Origin: an uncultured Gammaproteobacteria bacterium
GTDB lineage: Bacteria > Patescibacteriota > Microgenomatia > Daviesbacterales > UBA10151
Length of the DNA: 64,000 nucleotides
Reading direction: 5' to 3'
NCBI GenBank assembly: GCA_964504985.1
Contig: CAZDFU010000002.1
Coordinates: 11,782 to 75,781, forward strand
Below, in pieces: positions 18,901 through 28,061 of the stretch (the first letter of the stretch is position 1; every line of letters begins with the position of its first letter). A program made the translations under genes and the position numbers. The notes below the pieces were generated by a model that was not told the origin of the DNA, made no database searches, and saw only the letters and a program-made list of their open reading frames with translations.

Positions 18901-19656
18901 TTCTGATAGTTTGTAATATTCTTCCTCAGACAATAATTTCAAAGGAGCAACACTTTTTACTAAATCAGACACAACCTTGTAAATGCTTTCCAGTTGGCCT
19001 GCTTCTACTACCTGGGCATCTCTTAATTTTTGTTTTTCCGCTCTGCTTTTTATTTCTCTCTCTTGTGCTTCAAGCTCAAACTTTTCTTTTTCTGATCCCT
19101 TTTTTAAAGTAGTCAGGTTTTTTTTCAATTCATCTTCCAAACCTTTAATATTTTTTTCCATATTGGCACGCGATTCTTCCACTTTTTGAGCCAAGTCTTT
19201 TTCCAATTTTTCTAGTGCAGCAGTTTTTTGAGCAGGATCAATGCTAATTACCAAATATGCAGCAAAATAAACAACTGCCTCCAAATTCTTAGGAGAAATG
19301 TCTAAAATTAGGGATAACTTAGAAGGAGCCCCTTTCACAAACCAGGAGTGGGCAACAGGGGAAGCTAAGGTGATATGTCCCATCCTTTCACGCCTTACTT
19401 TAGATTGGGTTACTTCAACACCACATTTATCACAAATTACCCCTCTAAATCTGATCCTTTTATACTTTCCGCAATAACACTCATAATCTTTGGTTGGACC
19501 AAAGATATTCTCAGAAAATAGACCATCTTTTTCAGCTTTCAAGGTCCGGTAATTAATGGTTTCAGGCTTTGTCACCTCACCAAAAGACCAGCTCCTGATT
19601 TGCTCAGGTGATGCAACTGTTAATCTTAAACTTTCAAAATCTAAAAGATCATTCAT
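15964..19656 (-). CDS. rpoC: DNA-directed RNA polymerase subunit beta'
   Basis: 1230 aa; NADFDGDQMAVH catalytic motif; zinc-binding CxxC N-terminus; PETINYRTLK. Confidence 0.97.
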   Translation of the reverse strand: MNDLLDFESLRLTVASPEQIRSWSFGEVTKPETINYRTLKAEKDGLFSENIFGPTKDYECYCGKYKRIRFRGVICDKCGVEVTQSKVRRERMGHITLASPVAHSWFVKGAPSKLSLILDISPKNLEAVVYFAAYLVISIDPAQKTAALEKLEKDLAQKVEESRANMEKNIKGLEDELKKNLTTLKKGSEKEKFELEAQEREIKSRAEKQKLRDAQVVEAGQLESIYKVVSDLVKSVAPLKLLSEEEYYKLSEYGVSGFVALGMGAESILEVLQKLDLDKLSASLREEVRKSTGQKHIKATKRLRVVEGMRGSGISSDWLVLRVLPVLPPDLRPMVQLPGGRFATSDLNDLYRRVINRNNRLNRLINLGAPEIILRNEKRMLQEAVDSLIDASSRTSRRGGPVTSHVLRSLSDMLRGKQGRFRQNLLGKRVDYSGRSVIVVGPKLRLDQVGLPKEMALEMFKPFVLREMIARGLSSNVKGAKNVLEGRPPEVWDILEEIIDGHPILINRAPTLHRLGIQAFFPVLVDGNAIQIHPCICAGFNADFDGDQMAVHVPLSAKAQEEAKDLMMAKENIFGPANAQPITVPNREMALGCYYITMLDNPKEGEDAKFFLSGEDAIRAYQIGKVSVREKVKVRIDKEVIETSVGRILFNEALPPHMRFLNSVIKGITIRDIILKATQVLDKEAVAGLIDNIKSIGFWGATIAGVSISIFDAKIVPDKQKYLDEAEAEIAKIEGNVAKGLITPQEKSQLSQMVWIKITEDLASATWDYLETDNPIRMMVEAGARGSRDQAKQLSAMRGLSTDPTGKIVELPTKSNYRQGLSVFEYFTSARGARKGVADKALKTADAGYLTRRLVDVAHDVIVRMDDCGTTASLEYEISKNAFSNAREKLLGRILSENINEPGSRKVIVKAGTLLTEEIILKILQALVTKVLARSPLTCEAKYGICKSCYGADLTTRELVAIGTPVGVVAAQAIGEPGTQLTMRTFHTGGIVGLDITQGLPRVEELYEARTPKIVAPMSEIAGKVSIIETELGTRVRVRTTQKPHEEREYIVPATSALSVEEGQLIDAGTVLATGHIDVKETLRIQGLRAAQRYIVDEVRSVYESQGVPINEKHFEVIVRKMSDKVKVESQGDTNLLPGEIIDKLRFEDENKRVLVEGGEPATAEVVILGITRASLQTESFLSSASFQETTSVLAEAAISGKLDKLIGLKENVIIGRLIPTSSERAKVDN

Positions 19657-19671
19657 AATTTCACTACGGGC

Positions 19672-22600
19672 TTATTCTTCCTCCTTTTTTATTTCACTCA
19701 AATCCACTACTTCAAAAGAACTATTTTCACCTTCCAGGTCCTGCCCTGCAGTAGGCTTCATTTCTAAGGCTTCTTCAAGCTGAGCCACCTCTTGTACAAT
19801 TTCCGGCGTTTCTTCAACTTCCGGAGCTTGAATGATTTTAGCCCCTAGTGTTTCTACTGCCAACCCCAGTGCCTGGAGTTCTTTAACTAATACCTTAAAC
19901 GATTCGGGGATTAAAGCCTGAGGAATATCAATTCCTTTAACAATAGCCTCAAAAGCCTTAGCCCGCCCAACCACATCATCTGATTTGATAGTTAACATTT
20001 CCTGTAAAATGTGAGCTGCGCCATACGCTTCCAGCGCCCAAACTTCCATCTCCCCCAAACGCTGACCTCCCATCTGAGCTTTACCGCCTAACGGCTGTTG
20101 AGTCACCAAAGAATAAGGACCTGTAGAGCGGGCATGAATCTTTTCCTCAACCATGTGGATTAACTTCAAAATATAGTTTTTACCAACTACAATGGTTCTA
20201 TCAAAAGGCTGACCAGTCCTGCCATCAATCAGTCTAACCTTGCCATCAGAAGGCAAACCCGCTTTTTTTAATTCCTCAATCAGCTTATCTTCAGCAATCT
20301 TTTCAAAAACTGGTGCAGCAACTTTATATCCGAGTTTTTTAGCTGCAAATCCCCAATGAGTTTCTAGAAGCTGGCCTAAATTCATTCTGGACAACACTGA
20401 CAAAGGAGAAATAATAATATCTACAGGGGTTCCATCTTCAAGATACGGCATATCTGCTTGAGGCACAATCCTGGAGATAACACCTTTGTTGCCATGTCTG
20501 CCTGCTAACTTATCACCTTCAGTAACTTTACGGATTTGGGCAACTTTAACCTTAATTCTCATCAAAGTTCCGGTATCAAGCTCATCCCCTTCTTCTCTTG
20601 ATAAAATTTGTATTCCGATAACAGTTCCGCGTTCTCCATGCGGGATACGAAGAGAGGTGTCCCTGACTTCTTTTGCTTTTTCTCCGAAAATTGCCCTTAG
20701 CAGTCTTTCCTCAGCAGTAAGCTCTGTTTCACCTTTTGGTTGAACCTTACCAACCAAAATATCATTTGGCCCAACCTCTGCTCCAATCCTGATCAATCCT
20801 TTCTCGTCCAAATTAGCCAAAGCCTCTTCGGAAACATTTGGGATATCACGGGTTAATTCCTCAGGCCCAAGTTTTGTTTCTACTACATCAATCTCATATT
20901 CTTCAATATGTATTGAAGTCAAAAGATCCTCTTTCACCAATTTGTCCGAAATCACAATGGCATCTTCATAACCCAATCCCTCAAAACTCATATAGGCAAT
21001 AAGTAAGTTCTGCCCCAGGGCCAACTCTCCATTTTGAGTAGCCACACCATCTACTAAAAGATCTCCCTTTTTAACCTTAACCCCCACCCCTGCAACTGGT
21101 CTTTGAGAATAGCAAGTGCCTTGCGGGGTATGAACGAATTTTCTAATTTCGTATTTATGTTCAGCTTTGGAAGTTTTAAGAACTAACTCTTTACCATCTA
21201 CTTTGGTAACTATGCCATCTTCAGGTGCCCGGACAATCCTGCCCATATTTTCTGCCACGATTTTTTCCATGCCTGTGCCTACAATCGGAGCAGAAGGGAT
21301 AAGCAAAGGTACTGCCTGACACTGCATTTGAGTACCCATTAAAGCCCTGTTTGCATCATCATTTGCCAAAAATGGAATTAAAGAAGCAGAAGTTCCAAAA
21401 ATTTGCTGAGGAGAAATATCAATAAGTGATATTTCAGAGGATTTTCCTTCATAAAAAGTTCCCTGATAACGGGTTGGTACCCGCTCGTCTACAATATAAC
21501 CGTTGCTGTCAATTGCTACTGTAGCCTCAGTAATATGAGCATCCTCCTCATCATCAGCAGAAAGATATATTATTTCATCTGTAACCTTAGGTTTACCTTT
21601 GTGTGAAACTACTTTCCTATAAGGAGTTTCCAAAAATCCATACTCATTAATACGGACATAAAGAGCAAGATAAGTGACCAAACCAATATTTTGCCCTTCA
21701 GGAGATCTTATAGGATCAATCCTCCCGTATTGAGAATGATTAATGTCACGGACTGAAAATGAGGCTCTGTCACGGGTTATCCCCCCTGCTCCCATAACAG
21801 ACAATCTTCTTAAATGGTCCAGTTCTGATAAAGGATTAACCTGATCCAAAATACTGGACAACTGTGAGGAACGGAAAAATTCATTGATAGCAGCTATCAC
21901 CGGCTTGGCATTGATCAATCCGCCTGGGGTAACTTCCTGATCAGCAGCAGTTAAACTCATCCGTTCTTTAATAATCCTCTCAAGCCTTAAGACACCAATC
22001 CTGAAAGCATTTTGCTGTACCAATTCACCGGCACATCTTACTCTTCTGTTTGCCAAATGATCTATATCATCAACTCTTCCTTCACCTTTACTTAGTTTAA
22101 TCAGGTATTTTAAGGCAGCAATAATATCTGTGTTAGTTAAAATCCAGTTTTCTTCTGTATTAGGAAGATCTAAGCCTAATCTTTTGTTGATCTTGAAACG
22201 GCCTACCTTAGTCAAGTTATACCGTCTGGCATTAAAAAACATTCCTTCAAGCAGTGCTTTGGCAGTATCTAAAACTACGGGGTCGCCTGGACGCATCTTC
22301 CGGAAAATTTCCAGCAAAGCCTCATCAGTATTGTTGGTTTGATCTTTAGATAAAGTGCTTTCAATAAATTTATTTTCAGGATCAACGTCTTTAAAAAGCT
22401 CTATGATATCTTTATTTTCTGAAAAACCTAAGGCTCTGAGAAAAGTTGTAGCAGCAAACTTTCTTCTTCTGTCAATCTTGGCAGTTAAAACCCCGCCTCT
22501 TGTGACTGAGAATTCCAGCCAGGAACCTCTATAAGGACGGATTTCTGCTGAATATAACCTTTTTCCTGTTATTGGATCATCTATCGCTTGAAAAAATACC

Positions 22601-23022
22601 CCGGGTGAGCGTACAAGTTGGTTAATAATAACCCTCTCCACCCCGTTAATAACAAAAGTGCCCTTCCCAGTCATCTGAGGAATATCACCTAAAAAGACCT
22701 CCTGTTTGCCTCTTTCTCCAGTTTGTTTATTAATTAAGATGGCCTCAATTTTTAAAGGGGCATCAAATGTTACACCTTTTTCCCGGGCTTGCTGTTCAGA
22801 ATATTTGGGTTTGCCAAAATAAAAGGACCCAAGTTCCAGGGTCCAGTTTTTTCCTGTAAAGTCCTCAACAGGAGAAATTTCCATAAGGACTTCTTTAATT
22901 CCTTCTTTAATAAACCAATGATAAGAATCTAGTTGGATTTGGATTAAATTTAGCTCTGGTACTTCAAATGGGACCTTACTCCAATATTTACGTTGGTTTT
23001 CCAAAATTTGTGTTGTTAACAT
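19672..23022 (-). CDS. rpoB: DNA-directed RNA polymerase subunit beta
   Basis: 1116 aa with conserved beta-subunit blocks. Confidence 0.97.
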   Translation of the reverse strand: MLTTQILENQRKYWSKVPFEVPELNLIQIQLDSYHWFIKEGIKEVLMEISPVEDFTGKNWTLELGSFYFGKPKYSEQQAREKGVTFDAPLKIEAILINKQTGERGKQEVFLGDIPQMTGKGTFVINGVERVIINQLVRSPGVFFQAIDDPITGKRLYSAEIRPYRGSWLEFSVTRGGVLTAKIDRRRKFAATTFLRALGFSENKDIIELFKDVDPENKFIESTLSKDQTNNTDEALLEIFRKMRPGDPVVLDTAKALLEGMFFNARRYNLTKVGRFKINKRLGLDLPNTEENWILTNTDIIAALKYLIKLSKGEGRVDDIDHLANRRVRCAGELVQQNAFRIGVLRLERIIKERMSLTAADQEVTPGGLINAKPVIAAINEFFRSSQLSSILDQVNPLSELDHLRRLSVMGAGGITRDRASFSVRDINHSQYGRIDPIRSPEGQNIGLVTYLALYVRINEYGFLETPYRKVVSHKGKPKVTDEIIYLSADDEEDAHITEATVAIDSNGYIVDERVPTRYQGTFYEGKSSEISLIDISPQQIFGTSASLIPFLANDDANRALMGTQMQCQAVPLLIPSAPIVGTGMEKIVAENMGRIVRAPEDGIVTKVDGKELVLKTSKAEHKYEIRKFVHTPQGTCYSQRPVAGVGVKVKKGDLLVDGVATQNGELALGQNLLIAYMSFEGLGYEDAIVISDKLVKEDLLTSIHIEEYEIDVVETKLGPEELTRDIPNVSEEALANLDEKGLIRIGAEVGPNDILVGKVQPKGETELTAEERLLRAIFGEKAKEVRDTSLRIPHGERGTVIGIQILSREEGDELDTGTLMRIKVKVAQIRKVTEGDKLAGRHGNKGVISRIVPQADMPYLEDGTPVDIIISPLSVLSRMNLGQLLETHWGFAAKKLGYKVAAPVFEKIAEDKLIEELKKAGLPSDGKVRLIDGRTGQPFDRTIVVGKNYILKLIHMVEEKIHARSTGPYSLVTQQPLGGKAQMGGQRLGEMEVWALEAYGAAHILQEMLTIKSDDVVGRAKAFEAIVKGIDIPQALIPESFKVLVKELQALGLAVETLGAKIIQAPEVEETPEIVQEVAQLEEALEMKPTAGQDLEGENSSFEVVDLSEIKKEEE

Positions 23023-23129
23023 TATTAGTAGATGGCTTTTGGACAGAAGACTTTACACTTACAGTGCAGAGTCAACAAAAATAAGCATACGTACTCGTAC
23101 GCCTACTTTTTAAATATTAAACTGGAGTC

Positions 23130-23159
23130 AATTTACCATAGAATATACTTATAAGTCAA
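23130..23159 (-). promoter_or_regulatory. Candidate sigma70 promoter upstream of rpoB (TTGACT-N18-TGgTAAATT)
   Basis: Read on minus strand in the 140-nt gap between the riboflavin kinase gene and rpoB. Confidence 0.3.
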
Positions 23160-23162
23160 GGG

Positions 23163-23525
23163 TCAGTTTAATTTAAAATATTGTCTTGCCAGCTCTTTAT
23201 CTTTTTTCATTTCTTTAATCAAGCTTTCCTGGGAATTAAATTTTTTATTCTCCCTAATTATTTTTAAAAGTTTTGTGGAAATCCAGGTTCCATATATATT
23301 TTTATTAAAATCCAGGATATATATTTCTGCCTGATATTTAAAATTTTTAAAAGTTTTGGCTTCTCCGATAAAAGTTAAAGAGGGGTATACTTTTTTCCCT
23401 ATTTTAGTTTTAGAAATATAGATTCCTTCTGGAATTTTTCTTGTTAAATTAACATTAGCAGTTGGAAAACCCAACTTCCTACCCCTTTTATTATCTGTTC
23501 TAACCTTGCCCCAAAATATATTCAT
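23163..23525 (-). CDS. Monofunctional riboflavin kinase (RibF C-terminal-domain homologue)
   Basis: GRKLGFPTANV motif and ...EIYILDFNKNIYG... match the riboflavin kinase domain; no FAD synthetase domain. Confidence 0.75.
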   Translation of the reverse strand: MNIFWGKVRTDNKRGRKLGFPTANVNLTRKIPEGIYISKTKIGKKVYPSLTFIGEAKTFKNFKYQAEIYILDFNKNIYGTWISTKLLKIIRENKKFNSQESLIKEMKKDKELARQYFKLN

Positions 23526-23533
23526 CTCACCTC

Positions 23534-23737
23534 TTACTTTCTTGCTTTAGCAGCTAATACGGGAGGTTTTAATGATAAAAATTCTGGTAGTTTTTTTGTA
23601 TCAGCATCTTCGTATTCTGTAGGCAGAGCTGTTAAACCGTATTTCCCGGTTGCTAGCATTTCCAAAACCATTGCTCTCTCTTCAGGAGTAAGTTTCATAT
23701 ATTTTATTGAGCTGCCTGGTACTTCCCTTATTGACAT
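23534..23737 (-). CDS. Hypothetical small protein (67 aa)
   Basis: ORF only; tightly packed between mltG and the riboflavin kinase gene. Confidence 0.35.
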   Translation of the reverse strand: MSIREVPGSSIKYMKLTPEERAMVLEMLATGKYGLTALPTEYEDADTKKLPEFLSLKPPVLAAKARK

Positions 23738-23746
23738 ACCTTTATA

Positions 23747-24739
23747 TTATGGATTATTGGCCACGTTTTGATTATGTTCTTCCAAAGTCTTTGCATAATA
23801 TGAATTCCCTTTGGAATCATGATAATAATAAAGATATTGGGTATTTGGATTTGCATTGGCAACAGCCTGAAGAGAAGACAAGGAAGGATTACAAATTGGT
23901 TTAGGAGGCAAACCTCTATACATATAAGTGTTATAAGGGGAATCTACTTTTTTATCTTCACTGCTAAGATGTCTTTTCCACCAACTCTTCTCAGCAGGCT
24001 GGTACCCCAAAATATATTGCAAAGTAGCGTCAGCATTCAATCCCATCCCAATTCTAAATCTTTTAAGCAAAATACTTGCTACCTCCTCCCGTACTTTCTG
24101 CGACCTGGCTTCCCTCTCCACAATTGAGGCTAAAATAACCCCCTCCTTTTCAGTAAGTCCTTTTGAACGGATCTTTGTTTTTAAATCCTCATTAAACTTA
24201 CTGTCAAATGTTTTTCTTAAAGTATCAATAATATAACTTGCTGTAGCATCTTTGGGGAATAGGTAGGTGTCAGGAAAAAGATAGCCTTCCAGGCCCTTTG
24301 CCTCTTCCAGAAACTTTGAACTTTGAATTTGTTGGCTTGCGCCATTTTTCTCTTGAAAAACAAATTTTGAACTCAGTGCCTCTGCCATTTCTTCTACGCG
24401 CCAACCTTCTATTAAGGTTATCCATATATCTTCACTGCCTGTTTGTAAGTTTCCAACTAACTCTGCAACAGACATGCTGGAAGAAAGTTTATATGAACCA
24501 GCTTGCAGTTTATCTTTTAATTTATTTTGGTTGATATATATTTTAAAAGCTAATTCTGATTTTATTAAATTTTCCTCTTTTAATTTTTTGGCAATTTCAG
24601 ATACTCCTGCTCCTTTAGGTATGACGAAAACTTTAGTTTTTGTATCAGATGAAACACCTTTAAGCTGAGTATTCCACCAGAGGCTGCCGATAATTACTGC
24701 AAATATTAATCCAATTGTAATGGTTATGAATTTCTTCAT
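23747..24739 (-). CDS. mltG: Endolytic murein transglycosylase MltG (YceG family)
   Basis: N-terminal TM; signature GYLFPDTY; ~330 aa. Confidence 0.85.
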   Translation of the reverse strand: MKKFITITIGLIFAVIIGSLWWNTQLKGVSSDTKTKVFVIPKGAGVSEIAKKLKEENLIKSELAFKIYINQNKLKDKLQAGSYKLSSSMSVAELVGNLQTGSEDIWITLIEGWRVEEMAEALSSKFVFQEKNGASQQIQSSKFLEEAKGLEGYLFPDTYLFPKDATASYIIDTLRKTFDSKFNEDLKTKIRSKGLTEKEGVILASIVEREARSQKVREEVASILLKRFRIGMGLNADATLQYILGYQPAEKSWWKRHLSSEDKKVDSPYNTYMYRGLPPKPICNPSLSSLQAVANANPNTQYLYYYHDSKGNSYYAKTLEEHNQNVANNP

Positions 24740-25113
24740 GTAGAATCCAGATAATCCTGCAGGATTAGAGCAGCTGCAGTATCATCCAAGATGCGCCTTT
24801 TTTTCTGAGGAATTCCAGTCTCAATCATTTTTTCCATTGCTTTTTGAGAAGAAAGTGTTTCATCATATGTCTGGATATTTAAACCGCTTTTTTTTAGCTC
24901 TGTCACCAATTTCAAAACAATCCTGCTAATTTTTCCCTCAGGTAAACCAATAATAATCTTATCAAACTTTTCTTTTTTTGAAACTTCAATCACTTTTTGC
25001 AAAGCATCTTTAAAGCTGGAAACTGAAATAACTTTATAAGGGGCAGCTAATTCCCCTGCAGAGGTTGCAAAACCAATTCTTTTTAAACCATAATCTATCC
25101 CCAAATATCTCAT
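24736..25113 (-). CDS. ruvX: Putative pre-16S rRNA nuclease / Holliday-junction resolvase-like YqgF (RuvX)
   Basis: LGIDYGLKRIGFA N-terminus; 125 aa. Confidence 0.85.
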   Translation of the reverse strand: MRYLGIDYGLKRIGFATSAGELAAPYKVISVSSFKDALQKVIEVSKKEKFDKIIIGLPEGKISRIVLKLVTELKKSGLNIQTYDETLSSQKAMEKMIETGIPQKKRRILDDTAAALILQDYLDST

Positions 25114-25209
25114 CTTAAGTATAATACATTATTCACCATTAAACGTTAAATCTAAAGATTATCGCTTCGCCAAGTCAGAGTTGGCTTCGCTCGGAATGAC
25201 AAGGGGAGA

Positions 25210-25851
25210 TCAAATCATTTTACCCAAAACAATAAGTCTTTTAAAATTTAATCCAGGAGGCACACAAGTCATCAAAGTTATATACCTGCCTTGTATTTCA
25301 GGAGCATTAATAACTGATATATCAGAAGGGTCAATTGCCTTCAAAGAAACAACCTGATATTTATACTTAGCCCCACTGGCCTCAATTATTATCTCATCAC
25401 CCTTTTTGAGATCTGTCAGGTTGGCAAAGAAAGCGGTTTTTAAACTAAAAAATTTGCTAAGGGCAGAATGGCCTGATATGAACACATTCCCTTTCTCGCC
25501 AGGCAAAGACGAACCTGGAAGATGAACCAATCCAGCTGATAAATCATTGCTGTCAACGAGAACTTGTACCTTATCTATCTTTAGCTTGGGAACTGATAAA
25601 ACAAATTCCTCATAGTTAGCTTTTGTTTCTCTTCTTAAACTTGAGATAATTGCTGGAAAGTTATTTTGTGTTTGGATGGATACGCCCAAAACCTGGGTAT
25701 CTTTTGTTTGCTTCGGACTAAAAAGTATCTGATTATTATAACCTTGTCCAATTAACCAAATTTGATATGAAATAATTGGCATAATTATCTGAATTAACAA
25801 AAATACTCCAATGAATAAAAAAGCAAGCGGTATTGCCTTCCCGAAAATCAT
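25210..25851 (-). CDS. Sortase family transpeptidase
   Basis: N-terminal TM; catalytic His in FISGHS; TLMTCVP active-site Cys motif; ATGA-coupled to the upstream 733-aa ORF. Confidence 0.8.
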   Translation of the reverse strand: MIFGKAIPLAFLFIGVFLLIQIIMPIISYQIWLIGQGYNNQILFSPKQTKDTQVLGVSIQTQNNFPAIISSLRRETKANYEEFVLSVPKLKIDKVQVLVDSNDLSAGLVHLPGSSLPGEKGNVFISGHSALSKFFSLKTAFFANLTDLKKGDEIIIEASGAKYKYQVVSLKAIDPSDISVINAPEIQGRYITLMTCVPPGLNFKRLIVLGKMI

Positions 25852-28052
25852 TACTTTAGCCCTACCCCAACCTTGATATTTTGACTCAGAATAGGAAGTC
25901 TTTGTAAAAATTTTGGCAGAGCAGGGGTAATCTTGATCTCAGATCCTAAAACATTCTCCATTCCCTTAAGGATATTTTCTGCTTCCGTTACCCCCTTACC
26001 TTGTATTTGGCTTTTTACTTTTGCCTCATCTATTTTAGGTAAAAGTTTTGCTTTAAACCGGGCCAAAAATATTAACTTACCATCCTTTTCTACCTTAGAA
26101 ACATCTGCCTGTGTTTCTGTATCTTCTAAATTGAGTTCAAAATCATTTGGAACATCAGTTGTTACAAGTTTTGATACAATTAATTTTAAGTCTTTATCTT
26201 CAAAAGCTGTCCCTTTATATTTGGTTGTTAAATTAAGAGAAAACTCTGATGCCTGATCATTGATATTTTTACTGAAAGTTTTTTTGACAATTTCCTCATT
26301 TAGGGCTTCTTCCAAAATCTTTTTATCAGATTCTGTTTCTTGTAATTTCTGTTGCGCTTGTTTTCTAAGTTTTGAACTCAATTCAGCAAGAAGCCTGTTT
26401 TGATCATCGCTTGAGACAACCACCACAGACTTTGAGGTTCCACCTGAAAAATTACCCTCTGCTTTAGCAGAAACCTGATTTGAAGAAAAACTACCCACGC
26501 TAAACTCTGAACCTGAGGGTAAGTTACCATCAGCACCCACAGCAGACGCTGTGACAGTAGCATTACTTTTACCATAAGTTATACCGCTGTCTGCAGCTGA
26601 TTGAGAAGCAATGGTGGCAGAGACATCAAGAGTAAATTTTAGACCTTTTGAAACAGTCAGGGTAGTTCCTTTACTTATTGACTTACTCTCGTTTGTTTTA
26701 TTATAAATAATCACTGTTCCTTTGGCTGGATCCCCAATTAGCTTACTGCCCGTTGCCTTATCCTTTAAAGAGTCTGAAACTTCTGTATTAACAATTTGCC
26801 CTGGAATTATTTTGGCCATTTCATCAACCAATTTTTGATTTGGGTCTGCCACCACGGTAGTATCTTTTTCCACCACCTTGGGTTCAACAAAGATTTTAAC
26901 TTCAGCTTTTGGCAACAGCACATATGCTGCAAAAGTTATAAGTAAGCCTAGAAAAACAATAACCAATAGAGCAAAACTCCCCCTCTTTCTTGGGATAAAC
27001 CTATTTAAAGTAAACAGTTTCTTCCCAGGCTTTTCTTCAAACTTTTCCGGTACAGTTAAATTTGTTTCTTGCGGGTCGGGCAACTCCTTTTCTTCTGCAA
27101 AATCTTCTTCCGGATTTACCAAATCTTCAGGCTCCTCTTCCTGAAGTTGTCCGGAGATGTCTCCTGCTACAAAACCAGAAAAATCCTGCTGGTTACTTTC
27201 TAACTTTTCCTTATCAACTTCTTCCTCATCCGCAAGTAAGGAGGATTTAACCGGATTTTGATCAATACCGGAGTTCTTTTCTTCCGTAATAGCTGAATCT
27301 GTATATAAAACATTACTTTCTAGTTCAGAAGCTCCTGCTAAACAAACGCTTTTTATTTCAATATCATCCTGAAGAGTATCTATCTTTGGAAAATGCAAAA
27401 AAGAGAGTTTAGACATCCAGGGAAACGACAGAAGCTGATTTTTTAATTCAGGAGCATTATCACCATAGATCAAAATTTTTGAGGGCAAGGTTTCAACAGC
27501 CGTAAAAACAAGCAATGCTTTCTCAATATCTGCTGCGCTGTTGTCTCCTCTGGAAACGGTTTTAACTCCATCAAGTTTTCCTGCCCTCACAACTGTTACT
27601 GTTAAATGGTGCGGTTCAAACCCCACTAAAATAGCAGTAGGGGGAACTCCATCAGTTTTTTCCAGTAAATGAATCAGGGCATTAGCACTTTCCACATATG
27701 CCATAGGAGTAAGCTCCAGCTCCTTAACTAAATCCCTTAACGCCTTTAAGCTGTCTTCCTTCAAATTTTCATCCTTAAGCCACGTGCTTGGGACACCAAA
27801 AAGGATTTTTTGCGGATCAACATCCCTTATTCCTAATACTGAATCTAAAAGTTTATCCGTAACTTTACTAAGCTCACTTAAAGAAGAATAGGTACCAGAG
27901 GCTGTTTCTAAAATTTTAAGCTGTTTTCCTTCAATCTGCCAAAGAGCAGCAATTAATTTCTCGTTGGAGATATTTACGGCAAAAAAATATTCTAAAACCT
28001 CTTCCTTTTTTGCAAAGGGCAGAAAGGCAGTTAATTTATCAGCAAAACTCAT
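25851..28052 (-). CDS. Bitopic membrane protein (733 aa): ~350-aa cytoplasmic N-domain, acidic linker, single TM, ~370-aa Ser/Thr-rich extracellular domain
   Basis: TM segment SFALLVIVFLGLLITFAAYVLL mid-protein; no signal peptide; stop overlaps the sortase start. Confidence 0.5.
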   Translation of the reverse strand: MSFADKLTAFLPFAKKEEVLEYFFAVNISNEKLIAALWQIEGKQLKILETASGTYSSLSELSKVTDKLLDSVLGIRDVDPQKILFGVPSTWLKDENLKEDSLKALRDLVKELELTPMAYVESANALIHLLEKTDGVPPTAILVGFEPHHLTVTVVRAGKLDGVKTVSRGDNSAADIEKALLVFTAVETLPSKILIYGDNAPELKNQLLSFPWMSKLSFLHFPKIDTLQDDIEIKSVCLAGASELESNVLYTDSAITEEKNSGIDQNPVKSSLLADEEEVDKEKLESNQQDFSGFVAGDISGQLQEEEPEDLVNPEEDFAEEKELPDPQETNLTVPEKFEEKPGKKLFTLNRFIPRKRGSFALLVIVFLGLLITFAAYVLLPKAEVKIFVEPKVVEKDTTVVADPNQKLVDEMAKIIPGQIVNTEVSDSLKDKATGSKLIGDPAKGTVIIYNKTNESKSISKGTTLTVSKGLKFTLDVSATIASQSAADSGITYGKSNATVTASAVGADGNLPSGSEFSVGSFSSNQVSAKAEGNFSGGTSKSVVVVSSDDQNRLLAELSSKLRKQAQQKLQETESDKKILEEALNEEIVKKTFSKNINDQASEFSLNLTTKYKGTAFEDKDLKLIVSKLVTTDVPNDFELNLEDTETQADVSKVEKDGKLIFLARFKAKLLPKIDEAKVKSQIQGKGVTEAENILKGMENVLGSEIKITPALPKFLQRLPILSQNIKVGVGLK

Positions 28053-28061
28053 GGGTCAACC

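Noticed and set aside
16061-19189. Multiple 60-100-aa plus-strand ORFs antisense to rpoC (and similar ones antisense to rpoB, fusA, dnaK, adhesin)
   Set aside because: Antisense to strongly supported long genes in AT-rich DNA; compositions are low-complexity; no start or SD context.
25851-28052. Calling the 733-aa protein a PilM-PilN fusion or FtsA homologue
   Set aside because: A vague actin-fold-like pattern in the N-domain lacks the phosphate-1/phosphate-2 DxG motifs; not supportable from sequence alone.
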